Source of the DNA: Patescibacteria group bacterium
GTDB taxonomy: Bacteria > Patescibacteriota > Saccharimonadia > CAILAD01 > JADZBC01
Direction: 5' to 3'
Length of the DNA: 63,450 nt
NCBI GenBank assembly: GCA_052034495.1
Contig: JBPOIL010000018.1
Span: 1-63,450 of the forward strand
Shown here: one piece after another, positions 20,007 through 31,589 of the stretch
How the letters are laid out: the number at the start of each line of letters is the position of its first letter
How positions within the stretch are numbered: position 1 is the first letter of the stretch
Position numbers and translations under genes: made by a program
The notes under the pieces: model-generated
Told to the model about the DNA's origin: nothing
Database searches by the model: none
Seen by the model: the letters and a program-made list of their open reading frames with translations, nothing else

Positions 20007-20486
20007 AACATAAGTTAGTACTTTAAAACAAAAATAAAAACAAATGAAATCCGCAATACCTCCATAAGGTTGCCCTGATCTCTCAGGGCGTTTTCAGTAG
20101 GGGAAGCCCGGCATAGAAACAACCCCCTTGTTTCTAGTCGGACTCTCCCTACTGTTCTAGGGTTAGCAAATCGTTCGTTAAGTATTTGCTAGCACACTAC
20201 CCGCAGGATTAGTCAGTAATCTGCACCCATCGCAACCGTGATGGGGATAGCTTACTGACTAAACCGTACGGATGGTGGGGAAGCGTTGACCACTCAGCAA
20301 AAGCAGTGATGCTTGTGCTACAGTTCTGGTCCCACTTTGGTGATTTTGGCCTCATTGGCTAAGATTACTTTACCGGGCCTCCGCGTGCCATTAGTTCCAT
20401 AACTTTAGGGCAGATGCGATTAGAGGCCCGTAACCATTGCATTCATTCAAATGTCTAAGCTTCGCACAATATGCGAAGCTTTTTTA
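20007..20486 (+). ncRNA. Unclassified, highly structured ncRNA of about 480 nt with its own promoter and intrinsic terminator
   Basis: No ORF of 60 aa or more on the + strand. There is a chain of strong hairpins: GCCCTGA/TCAGGGC; CAGTAGGGGAAGCCCGGC..GTCGGACTCTCCCTACTG enclosing TAGAAACAA/TTGTTTCTA; TTAGTCAGTAA/TTACTGACTAA; GGGCCTC/GAGGCCC. Many G-U pairs are valid only on the + strand. Terminator AAGCTTCGC-acaatat-GCGAAGCTT+TTTTT at 20457-20485. Confidence 0.55.
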
Positions 20487-20718
20487 GTACCGAAAATATA
20501 GCTGAGCCCGTGGAGCTATGTCGGGAAACCACAACAACAATCCCACTGGTAGTAATAGAGTAAAAAGTTTGCTCAGTACAGGCGCGGAGAAGACCCCAGT
20601 AATTATAGTGTTCAAAAAATACCACCACTTGTTCACTTGCCATTTCGCATGTGGATAACTTATGCACAATCACGCTATGCTTGAGACTGAGCCTGTAATC
20701 TGGGATAATAGCTAGAAT

Positions 20719-21117
20719 ATGCAGGTAATTGAGAAAATCCAAAAAGGCTTCATGGGTGCAGGACTCGTAACTACGTGTCTTTTGTCTTTTGCAGTTGTAG
20801 TCTCTCTGATGCTTTTAACAACTCCAGCGGCACTAGGTCCTGCTGGCGTCACCTTATGGTTTCTGTTGGTCTACGCGGCCATTGCTTCATTGATCATGCT
20901 GCTGATACTCGGGGTTTCTCGGCAGAAGGTATCTGACATTAGTAGGGCAAAATTCGTAAATGCGATTAAGGCCGCCGTTGTCCCCGCGGGAGCGATCACT
21001 ATCTTGCTCGGTATGAGCAGCTTAGGTTCGCTTGGTATGACCGATCTGCTACTCGTGCTGGGGGCTGCAGGCATTATTCAGCTATATCTGTACACCAGCG
21101 GAAAGAGGGCAGCATAG
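20719..21117 (+). CDS. Small integral membrane protein (4 TM)
   Basis: Hydrophobic 132-aa ORF directly abutting pheS. Confidence 0.6.
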   Translation: MQVIEKIQKGFMGAGLVTTCLLSFAVVVSLMLLTTPAALGPAGVTLWFLLVYAAIASLIMLLILGVSRQKVSDISRAKFVNAIKAAVVPAGAITILLGMSSLGSLGMTDLLLVLGAAGIIQLYLYTSGKRAA

Positions 21118-21128
21118 TGGAGGACGTG

Positions 21129-22091
21129 ATGATTAATGCAGGTGCTGCGGCTGCTGCGGCCAAGACGGAAAACGACTTGCAGCTTGCAAAGGCCCAGTAT
21201 CTTGGCAAAAAGAGCGAGTTGGTCGAAGGACTAAAATCCCTATCTGGCCTGGAAGGCGAGGAGCGCAAGCGTAAGGGCGCGGAGCTAAATAAGCTCAAAG
21301 CGTCACTAGAGTCAATCTTTGCGAATCGCCAGCAAGAGCTCCTTGATGAGCTAGACGCTCTGCCACCACTTGACCTTACTCAGCCGGGGATAGGGGAAGG
21401 ATTGGGCCATGCGCACCCGGTAACACTTGTAATGGATGAGCTCTATGCGTCTTTCACTCGCCTTGGTTTCGCAATCGTGGATAGTAACGAAATTGAGAAC
21501 GATTGGTATAACTTCGAAGCGCTAAACATGCCTCCGCACCACCCAGCCAGGGACATGCAGGATACGTTCTACATCAAGGATTCAAAGGGGACCAACAGTA
21601 CATTGCCGCGCACCCATACGTCTGGCATGCAGGTCCGGTATATGGAGCAGAATAAACCGCCATTTAAGATTATTGTTCCTGGGAAGGTGTTTCGCAATGA
21701 AGACGAAGACCGTACTCATCTGTGGTCATTTACGCAGGTCGAAGGTCTTGTAGTGGGTGAGGGCGTTTCGGTGGCTCACTTGAAGGGAACGCTTCTGGCA
21801 GTTATGAAGGATCTACTGGGGGAAGACACAGAAATTCGGCTGCGACCAAGCTTTTTCCCATACACCGAGCCATCGATTGAGATTGACGTTAGCTACAAGG
21901 GCGAGTGGCTGGAGCTACTCGGAGGCGGCATGGTTCATCCGAAGGTCCTCGAGAATGCTGGGATAAATGCAGAGAAGTACAGCGGCTTCGCATTCGGGCT
22001 TGGTCCCGAGCGTATCGCAATGGTTAAATACGGCATCACAGACCTGCGTAACTTCTGGCGACCTAATTTAGCATATTTGGAGCAGTTTTAA
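21129..22091 (+). CDS. pheS: Phenylalanine--tRNA ligase alpha subunit
   Basis: Class II motifs (HPARDMQDTFY, FRNEDEDRTHLWSFTQVEG, GFAFGLGPERIAM). The track start at 21117 is GTG; ATG at 21129 sits 5 nt after GGAGG. Confidence 0.92.
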   Translation: MINAGAAAAAAKTENDLQLAKAQYLGKKSELVEGLKSLSGLEGEERKRKGAELNKLKASLESIFANRQQELLDELDALPPLDLTQPGIGEGLGHAHPVTLVMDELYASFTRLGFAIVDSNEIENDWYNFEALNMPPHHPARDMQDTFYIKDSKGTNSTLPRTHTSGMQVRYMEQNKPPFKIIVPGKVFRNEDEDRTHLWSFTQVEGLVVGEGVSVAHLKGTLLAVMKDLLGEDTEIRLRPSFFPYTEPSIEIDVSYKGEWLELLGGGMVHPKVLENAGINAEKYSGFAFGLGPERIAMVKYGITDLRNFWRPNLAYLEQF

Positions 22092-24856
22092 TGAAGATTT
22101 CAGTTGATTCACTCAATAGGTACTTGAAGCGCAAGCTGCCAACCGATCGCGTGGTTGAGTTACTCCTGCAAACAGAAGTAGAGATTGAGGAGGTTATGCC
22201 CGCCAACACTTGGGATGAGAATATTGTCGTAGTACGGGTGGAGGAAGTTGAGCCTCATCCAGATGCCGATAGATTGCGTATCGCTCGGGTAACCACGGGT
22301 CAAGAGGTAATTGAAGTAGTTTGCGGCGGGCCGAATCTCGCCGTTGGCCAGACTGTCGTGCTCGCTAAAGCTGGCACGACTATGCCGGACGGGCTTAGAA
22401 TTAAGATTGGAAAGATTCGTGGAGTCGTGTCGAGCGGAATGCTTTGTACCGCCGCGGAGCTCGGAATTTCCGATGACCAGAGCGGCCTACTAGTTCTGCC
22501 TGACGAGACACCCCTGGGTACAACATTGTGCGACATATGGCAAAAGGGTGACTACCTGGATATAAAGACGCCTGCAAATAGGTGGGATTACCTTAGTTTG
22601 ATTGGACTGGCTAGGGAAGTCGCAGCACGTGATGAGGGTAATGAGCTGGTATTACCTGATACCAGTAAAAATGCATACGAAAACACAGAAGTAGTGAATG
22701 TCAAGGAAGTCGGGGAGTGTAAGAGGTTTGTGTCTGTGAAAATGAGGGTAGACAATTCCGTGAAAAGTCCTCAGTGGCTTGTGGATAACTTAGAAGGGAA
22801 TGGCCTACGTAGTATTAGCCCTGTTGTAGACATTACTAACTTTGTGATGCTCGAGACTGGGCACCCCTCACATGCCTTCGATGCCAAAAAGATACATGGT
22901 CAAGTTTCTGTGCGCTATGCCTCCCCCACCGAAACTATTACAACACTCGACGGTACAAGCCACAAGCTGACAACTGAGGACCTCGTGATCGGTGACGATA
23001 ACGGCCCATTGGACATAGCGGGGGTTATGGGTGGCGCGCATAGCGAGGTTTCCGATAATACAACAGAAATATTACTTACCGTGGCAAACTTCGACAGAAC
23101 CACCGTTCGCAAGGCGGCACTTAGGCACGGCACTCGTAGCGAGGCGTCGGCGCGATATGAGCGCTCACTCCCCCTTCCACTAACTCTTTTAGCCGCCGAT
23201 AGATTGACTCAGTTACTAAGAGAAATATGTGGAGCAGAAGTTCTCGGCTCCCCTACGGACCAGCTGTATGGCTGGCCGTGGGTTCAGCATGTTGGTTTGC
23301 GTTTGCGTAAGGCAGAGAAATTATTGGGAATAAAGCTAGATGAAAAGCAGGTTGTAGGTGGACTGAAGCGACTAGGCTTTGAAATTGAGCATTTCAGCCT
23401 CAGCAAAGAAGCCCAGAAACACCTCGGCAAGCCGTACCTATGGGGCGCGAACTTCCGCCAGAACGGCGAGAATGCTTTTGATTGCTCATATTTAATTGAC
23501 AGAATATATAGCAAAATTGGGAAAATGGTTGGCCATACGGCTCAGCAGCAATATGATGCCGGCACACCTGTAGAGATCGGTGATTTACGACCTGGCGACG
23601 TAGTATTCTATTCAGGCCACTGGGAAAAACTAGACCCAAATGAGCGTGGTGGAGTTGGCCACAACGGTCTCTATATCGGGGGTAATCAGGTGCTCGAGGC
23701 AGTTCAATACAAATATAATAATAAAACAAAGAATTACGAAGCGATTGATGAGTCGGGGGTTCGCATTAGCCCACTATCTGACTTTACAAACAATCCAACC
23801 TACCTTGGAGCGCGCAGGTATGTAGATAGCTTTAACCATATATTTGCGATAGTTGCACCATGGTGGCGAATGGATATTCGCTCCGAAGAAGACATCGTGG
23901 AGGAGATTGTAAAAATCGTAGGCTACGATGCTATTCCAGCTGAGCTACCTACCCTGCCGGCTACCAATACACGCCCGCATCAATTGATTCCAAGGCTGCA
24001 CGAACTCCGCAAGACAATGGTGGCAACGGGCCTTCAGGAGATTGTCACCTATTCGTTTATTAGTGAACAAATGATTGAACGGTTAGGCTTTGCTGCTAAA
24101 GGCCACTTGGAGATCGCCAACCCACTGAGTCGCGAGCAGCAGTACTTAAGGACCACAATGCTCCCAAGCCATATAGAGATGGTTCGAACTAACCAGCGTT
24201 ACAAAAAGCAGTTTGGTGCCTTCGAAGTAGCGCGCGTCTATGCGCCGACCACGGATGGCGAGCTGCCACAGGAAGTGTGGAAGTTGGCAATTACTATGGT
24301 TGGCCCCGATAGCACACTAAGGTTAAAGGCAGTCTTGGATAGGTTGTCCCAATACACAAGAGTTGATTTAGATATTACTCCTGCAGAAGATCCTAACTAT
24401 GCTGCGGGAAGATTTGCGAGCATTGCTATGGCTGATGAGCTACTTGGCAGTTATGGCCAACTGAGCAAGCGAGTATTGAATAGTTTTGGAGTTCAGGTGG
24501 AAGCTAGCTTCGCTGAAATATCAATTGCTTCGGTTCTGAGTCAGACACAACAGGCCCTAGTTACTGATTTGCCGGAATACCAAATAATTAAACGAGATAT
24601 CTCTATCGTTTGTCAGGATCAGGTTATTTGGTCTGATATACGACGAAAAGTTCTTGATTCGGCCCAAGTAAGTTCTGTTGAGTATGTGGGGTACTATCAG
24701 GACGAGGCACTCCAAAGTTCTGGCAAAAAGAACATTACATTGCGAGTCGGCTTCGATTTGGGAGCTAACCCCGGCGGGGACGAAATAGCAAAGGTGCTTG
24801 AAGGAGTGCACCTCGGCCTACAATCTGGAAGTTTGGGCGAGGTAACGATTAACTAG
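22091..24856 (+). CDS. pheT: Phenylalanine--tRNA ligase beta subunit with an NlpC/P60 domain inserted in the B5 domain
   Basis: tRNA-binding OB domain (HPDADRLRIARV), B3/4, B5 (LKRLGFEIE ... VAPWWRMDIRSEEDIVEEIVKIVGYDAIP), and C-terminal FDX-ACB. An extra block of about 130 aa, GKPYLWGA..FDCSYLI..LRPGDVVFY..GHNGLYIGGNQVLEA, matches NlpC/P60. Confidence 0.9.
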   Translation: MKISVDSLNRYLKRKLPTDRVVELLLQTEVEIEEVMPANTWDENIVVVRVEEVEPHPDADRLRIARVTTGQEVIEVVCGGPNLAVGQTVVLAKAGTTMPDGLRIKIGKIRGVVSSGMLCTAAELGISDDQSGLLVLPDETPLGTTLCDIWQKGDYLDIKTPANRWDYLSLIGLAREVAARDEGNELVLPDTSKNAYENTEVVNVKEVGECKRFVSVKMRVDNSVKSPQWLVDNLEGNGLRSISPVVDITNFVMLETGHPSHAFDAKKIHGQVSVRYASPTETITTLDGTSHKLTTEDLVIGDDNGPLDIAGVMGGAHSEVSDNTTEILLTVANFDRTTVRKAALRHGTRSEASARYERSLPLPLTLLAADRLTQLLREICGAEVLGSPTDQLYGWPWVQHVGLRLRKAEKLLGIKLDEKQVVGGLKRLGFEIEHFSLSKEAQKHLGKPYLWGANFRQNGENAFDCSYLIDRIYSKIGKMVGHTAQQQYDAGTPVEIGDLRPGDVVFYSGHWEKLDPNERGGVGHNGLYIGGNQVLEAVQYKYNNKTKNYEAIDESGVRISPLSDFTNNPTYLGARRYVDSFNHIFAIVAPWWRMDIRSEEDIVEEIVKIVGYDAIPAELPTLPATNTRPHQLIPRLHELRKTMVATGLQEIVTYSFISEQMIERLGFAAKGHLEIANPLSREQQYLRTTMLPSHIEMVRTNQRYKKQFGAFEVARVYAPTTDGELPQEVWKLAITMVGPDSTLRLKAVLDRLSQYTRVDLDITPAEDPNYAAGRFASIAMADELLGSYGQLSKRVLNSFGVQVEASFAEISIASVLSQTQQALVTDLPEYQIIKRDISIVCQDQVIWSDIRRKVLDSAQVSSVEYVGYYQDEALQSSGKKNITLRVGFDLGANPGGDEIAKVLEGVHLGLQSGSLGEVTIN

Positions 24857-24896
24857 CGCGCATGGGGCCGCAAGGTTATAATGAACTATAAGCATT

Positions 24897-26366
24897 ATGA
24901 GGCGGCAAGAAAAACAACCAAACGTGAGCGCCCCCGAGGTTAAGCCGAAGGGGTCGTTGCCCCGTACTCTCGGCCTAACAGTTGCCGGCGTTATTCTTGG
25001 CCTGGCCGCGATGAACATTGCACTCGCAGCACCGCTTACCGGGGCAATGTACCCTGGCGTTACGCTTGCTGGGCATGATGTTTCCTTCAAGACGAGGGCA
25101 GAAGCGGTAGCTTTAGTCAAAAAGCTAGAAAGCAGACATACTCTGACGATCAACTTAGGCGAGAAGAAATACGTGGTCAAGAGCGACCAGTTGGGCGCGA
25201 GCCGCGATACTACTGCGAGCGTAGATGCTGCCTATAGGGTTGGTCGAGAAACTCCTTTTCCGCTTATCGGGGTCACAAACTCTCTCCGCAATGGCAGGAC
25301 TGGCTTTGCCTACTCTCTCGACACCGCTGCGTTGAAGCTCTTTGCCCAGAAGCTTACGAGTGATATTGGCCGCGCGCCAGTAAATGCCAAGGTTGAAGTG
25401 GTGAACGGCGAAATCGTTGTTACCCCCGACCAAGACGGTATAGAAATTAATAAGGCCGAGCTGACGAAGGTTTTACAGAGTGCCCTGGCCGAAGGCGAGG
25501 ATAAGTCTGTGGCGCTAGAGCCTAGTACGGTCAAGGCTGACGTAGATGTGTCTGCCACTGAACCCGTAGTTAGTGAGGCAAAAAGCCTTATGGCTCAAGA
25601 CGTCTCGCTCAAATATGCAGAGCAAGCCTTCAAACCCAGCGCAGCTACTTTGGCAAGCTGGCTGGTGTTTCCAATTAAGACCGATAATGGTACGAAGCCC
25701 GCTTTGAAAGTTGAGGTTGATGAGGCTAAGGTCCGGGGCTATGTGCAGTCGGTTGCCAATGAAATTGACCAAGCCGCCGTGAACAAGAAGGTGACGATCA
25801 AGAACGGGGTAAGTACGACCGATCAAGAGGGTGCGGATGGTTTAGCAATGAATCAGGATGAGGCTGTAGCTGCCTTAGTAGCGGCCATGAGGAATAAGGC
25901 TGCAATAGCTTACGGTGTTACAACGAGACCAGTTGCCTTTAAGACTCAGTACAATCGGGTGACCACCCTCGATGTGGGCCGCTACATAGAGATAAACTTA
26001 ACAACTCAACAGCTATGGGTATACCAAGACAGTCAGGTGATATATTCATCGCCAATCACAAGCGGGGCTACAGGGATGGGCTTCCCTACGGTCACGGGCC
26101 TCTTTAGTATTTATTCAAAGGCCACAAACATTTGGCTTGACGGCCGCGCGTACGGAGAAAGGTATGATTATCGAGTGCTCGTTGATTACTGGATGCCGTT
26201 CCATGCGGGCTACGGGCTGCATGATGCCTGGCGTTGGCGCAGCAGCTTTGGCGGGCAGGACTACTACTATAATGGCAGTCATGGTTGTGTGAACTTGCCA
26301 ATCGCGACCGCTGCATTCATTTATAACTGGGCTGATATTGGCACGCCAGTATGGGTTCACAACTAG
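24897..26366 (+). CDS. L,D-transpeptidase (YkuD domain) with an N-terminal anchor and YoaR/PG_binding_4-like region
   Basis: C-terminal YIEINLTTQQLWVY...GLHD...GSHGCVNLP, the YkuD catalytic signature (SHGCxN). Confidence 0.85.
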   Translation: MRRQEKQPNVSAPEVKPKGSLPRTLGLTVAGVILGLAAMNIALAAPLTGAMYPGVTLAGHDVSFKTRAEAVALVKKLESRHTLTINLGEKKYVVKSDQLGASRDTTASVDAAYRVGRETPFPLIGVTNSLRNGRTGFAYSLDTAALKLFAQKLTSDIGRAPVNAKVEVVNGEIVVTPDQDGIEINKAELTKVLQSALAEGEDKSVALEPSTVKADVDVSATEPVVSEAKSLMAQDVSLKYAEQAFKPSAATLASWLVFPIKTDNGTKPALKVEVDEAKVRGYVQSVANEIDQAAVNKKVTIKNGVSTTDQEGADGLAMNQDEAVAALVAAMRNKAAIAYGVTTRPVAFKTQYNRVTTLDVGRYIEINLTTQQLWVYQDSQVIYSSPITSGATGMGFPTVTGLFSIYSKATNIWLDGRAYGERYDYRVLVDYWMPFHAGYGLHDAWRWRSSFGGQDYYYNGSHGCVNLPIATAAFIYNWADIGTPVWVHN

Positions 26367-26421
26367 AACGCGCTAGCAGAGCATAAGCTTTATTGCTATA
26401 ATTGGGCAAAAGGTTTATTCT

Positions 26422-26853
26422 ATGCAGCCAGTAAACATACCCGATACAAAGCCGCAGATGTCGCAGTCGGAGCCACGACCTGCTGCGCAGCAAAATCCCG
26501 AACAGCAGATTAGTAGCCAGGAAGCAATCGTTACCCCTGCAGCTGAAACTGGCGCCCTTGCGCCAAATGGAATGCCTGCGGCCCCCGTCGTTCAGCAGCC
26601 TGTGCAGGCTCCCCTGCAGCAGCAGGCGGCAACCCCTGCCGTTGTATCTACTCAGCCCACTGTAAAACACGGCGATCTAGATACCGCCGGGGGGGATAAC
26701 ATCGAGAAGGAATGGGTTGACCGTGCAGACGCCATAATAAAGCAGCACTCGACGGATCCTTATCTGGAAGAAGAGGAGCACGAAGACCTTAGTGCTGCGT
26801 ATCTGAAGAAGAGATTCAATCTTGAGATTAAACGGAGTGATCCGAAGCCTTAG
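26422..26853 (+). CDS. Hypothetical P/Q-rich protein
   Basis: 143-aa ORF with a low-complexity N-terminal half and an acidic C-terminal half, immediately upstream of the coupling-ATPase gene. Confidence 0.5.
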   Translation: MQPVNIPDTKPQMSQSEPRPAAQQNPEQQISSQEAIVTPAAETGALAPNGMPAAPVVQQPVQAPLQQQAATPAVVSTQPTVKHGDLDTAGGDNIEKEWVDRADAIIKQHSTDPYLEEEEHEDLSAAYLKKRFNLEIKRSDPKP

Positions 26854-26873
26854 GGCACGGGCGGGCGGAACCA

Positions 26874-29402
26874 TTGGAATCTGAAAACCAACTATTTATC
26901 TTACTTACTACCGTTCTAGCGCTTGCCTTCTTTGCCGCGCTTGGATTGGTTTGCTTTTTAATTTACCGCAAGATGGTGCGTAAAACCAAGGATATAGAGC
27001 GTAGTCTTAAGCTCGTACCGCTACAGATTAAGCTTCCGCCCGCAGAAGCAAGCGAAGCAGGCGGTAGGGACACACGCGAGCTTTTCAAGGAAAACATATC
27101 AAAGGCCGAAGGCATTTTTAATTTACTCTCGGGTATTACTGCAGATAAGTCGAAGCTGTATGGCAATCGCTACGTTAGCTTTGAGATCATAGCCGATGGC
27201 CAAATGATTTATTTTTACACAGCGGTACCGGTTACTTTGCTGTCGACGGTCCAGAAGGCTCTTATTTCTGGCTACCCTACAATTCAGATCGAACAAGTTG
27301 ATGACCCGAATATCTTTTCAAAGACGAGTAAGCTTGCCGGCATCGCAGGAGGAGAGCTGGAGTTGGCCAACGACTCATACTACCCCATTGCCACATATAA
27401 GAGTCGTGACGCGGATCCACTCGCGGGTATTCTGAGTAGCTTATCTCGACTGCAGCAGGGCGAGGGCGCTGGAATTCAGATTCTTATTAGGCCCGCTCAC
27501 AAAAAGTGGGCCAAGAATGCCAAGAAATACGCCAAGGACTTGCTAGACCCAGAAGAGATCGCTGCCGAAAAACATACTCCGCAGAAGATGCTTAAAGAAA
27601 TTGCCATGGCCCCAATCAAGCAGCCAAAGTATTCCAAGAAGCTAGAGGAAGGAACCATAAAACAGGACTACCAGCCTGACGCGATTAATCAAAAGATGAG
27701 CCAACTGGTGGAAGAAAAGTACGCCATGCCGGCGTTTGAAACGATGATCCGAGTAATTGCCAGTTCTGATGACCCAAACAAATCAAGGGCCACTGTGCAG
27801 GACATACTAACTGGCTTCGCCCAGATGGCACTGCCGAATTCAAATCAGTTCAAGCTTGTTTCAGCTAAGTCTTCCGAGCAGCTGGCAACGGACTTCATAT
27901 TTCGGTTCTTCCCAGCAAATAAGAACAAGACGGTCCTGAACTCAACCGAGCTAGCTGGCATATTCCACTTCCCTGGTGAGGATATGCAGGTTTCTACCCC
28001 AGTCATTCGCAAGGGTGCACGTGAGGTTGCTGCACCGGCTGATCTTGCGACGGAAGGCCTTATCCTGGGCAGTAACATGTATAGGGGCCAAGAAACAGTT
28101 GTACGCCTAACTGATGACGACCGAAGGCGCCACGTATATATCATTGGTCAGACCGGTACCGGTAAGTCTGTATTCTTAGAAAACTGCATCGTGCAAGATA
28201 TGCATATGGGTAGAGGCTTGTGCTTCTTGGACCCACACGGGGATACGGCGGAGGCACTTATGGCGAAAGTCCCGCCCCATAGGCTAAAGGACGTCATCTA
28301 TTTCAACCCAGGCGATACAGAGTATCCACTTGGTTTTAACCTGCTTGAGTTTGACCCGGCCCACCCAGAGCAAAAGGATTTCTTGGTCCTCGAGGCTATC
28401 AATATGTTCTACAAGCTCTACGATCCTAAAGGTCAAGGTTTTGTAGGCCCTATGTTTGTGGATTGGTTCCGTAATGCCGCTCTGACAGTCATGTCTGACC
28501 CAGAGGGAGGGACTTTGATCGAGGTGCCGAAGCTCTTTACGAATGATGACTATTTAAAGCAGAAGTTTCGCAACGTCAAAGACCCAATCGTTCAGGAATT
28601 CTGGACGGGCCAAATGGCGCAGACCAGCGAACACTCCAAGAGTGAGATGTTGGGCTACTTTACCTCGAAATTCGGAGACTTTGCCAATAACGAAATCATG
28701 CGCAACATCATTGGCCAGAAGCACTCGAGTTTCAATCTGCGAGACGTTATGGATAGTAAAAAGATTTTGTTCGTTAACTTGTCCAAGGGTCTCTTGGGAG
28801 ATATGAACTCTAAGATTCTGGGTATCGTGTTTATCATTAAGTTTCAAATGGCTGCTATGAGCAGGGCTGACATGGACGAAAAAGACCGGCAGGATTTTAG
28901 TGTATATATCGATGAATTCCAGAACTACGCGACTGATTCTATCGCAACGATTTTGTCTGAGGCGCGTAAGTACCGGCTCAGCATGATTATGGCAAACCAG
29001 TTTATTTCGCAACTTGAAGAACCAATTCGCGACGCGGTGTTTGGTAACGTAGGCAATATGGTGGGCTTTCGTGTTGGCCCAGAGGATGCAGAGTTTATGG
29101 CTAAGCAGTTTGCCCCGCAGTTTGATAAGGACGACATCATTAATACCCCTAACTTGAATGCAGTCGCTCGGATTATTAACAAAGGTGCAGTTACCCCCTC
29201 CTTTTCCCTCAAGGAAATATTTCCACCGATTGGCGTGAAGACGCCAGGCATCTATGATCAGATGGTGCAAATTTCCCGCCAGAACTATGCGCGGCCAAAA
29301 GCCGAAGTGGCAGCAGAGATTGCAAAGGCGCTTGCAGTAGTTCCGGCTACGCCTAAGCCTGAACCAGGTAAAATGCCAATCTCGACTGGCCGTCAAGGCT
29401 AG
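26874..29402 (+). CDS. Membrane-anchored TraD/TraG/VirD4-like (type IV coupling protein / DUF87-type) P-loop ATPase
   Basis: N-terminal TM, Walker A GQTGTGKS, Walker B FSVYIDEFQNY, and ARKYRLSMIMANQ, typical of FtsK/HerA-superfamily coupling ATPases. TTG start in the track; the start is uncertain. Confidence 0.75.
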   Translation: MESENQLFILLTTVLALAFFAALGLVCFLIYRKMVRKTKDIERSLKLVPLQIKLPPAEASEAGGRDTRELFKENISKAEGIFNLLSGITADKSKLYGNRYVSFEIIADGQMIYFYTAVPVTLLSTVQKALISGYPTIQIEQVDDPNIFSKTSKLAGIAGGELELANDSYYPIATYKSRDADPLAGILSSLSRLQQGEGAGIQILIRPAHKKWAKNAKKYAKDLLDPEEIAAEKHTPQKMLKEIAMAPIKQPKYSKKLEEGTIKQDYQPDAINQKMSQLVEEKYAMPAFETMIRVIASSDDPNKSRATVQDILTGFAQMALPNSNQFKLVSAKSSEQLATDFIFRFFPANKNKTVLNSTELAGIFHFPGEDMQVSTPVIRKGAREVAAPADLATEGLILGSNMYRGQETVVRLTDDDRRRHVYIIGQTGTGKSVFLENCIVQDMHMGRGLCFLDPHGDTAEALMAKVPPHRLKDVIYFNPGDTEYPLGFNLLEFDPAHPEQKDFLVLEAINMFYKLYDPKGQGFVGPMFVDWFRNAALTVMSDPEGGTLIEVPKLFTNDDYLKQKFRNVKDPIVQEFWTGQMAQTSEHSKSEMLGYFTSKFGDFANNEIMRNIIGQKHSSFNLRDVMDSKKILFVNLSKGLLGDMNSKILGIVFIIKFQMAAMSRADMDEKDRQDFSVYIDEFQNYATDSIATILSEARKYRLSMIMANQFISQLEEPIRDAVFGNVGNMVGFRVGPEDAEFMAKQFAPQFDKDDIINTPNLNAVARIINKGAVTPSFSLKEIFPPIGVKTPGIYDQMVQISRQNYARPKAEVAAEIAKALAVVPATPKPEPGKMPISTGRQG

Positions 29403-29434
29403 CTTAAGGTACTTGCCCAGTAATCTACAGGTAG

Positions 29435-31582
<2,148 letters not shown>

Positions 31583-31589
31583 GAACACT

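Noticed and set aside
20007-20486. Calling the orphan ncRNA RNase P RNA, tmRNA, SRP RNA or a T-box leader for pheST.
   Set aside because: The P4-like GAAGCCCGGC is sequestered in a local hairpin and no GGAAAGTCC / ACAGAANCCGGCTTA pair exists. There are no tRNA-like termini and no tag ORF. No T-box (GGTGGTACCGCG) or SRP domain IV motif is present. A separate promoter precedes the downstream genes.
28554-29396. 280-aa - strand ORF. Similar long antisense ORFs occur at 13911-14633, 32286-32801, 32735-33199, 33579-33995, 35302-35778, 55872-56387, 59489-59875 and 59505-60008.
   Set aside because: Each lies entirely antisense to a confidently identified gene (coupling ATPase, helicase, gyrA, DUF212 protein, paralog 5, Adk-like) and lacks motifs.
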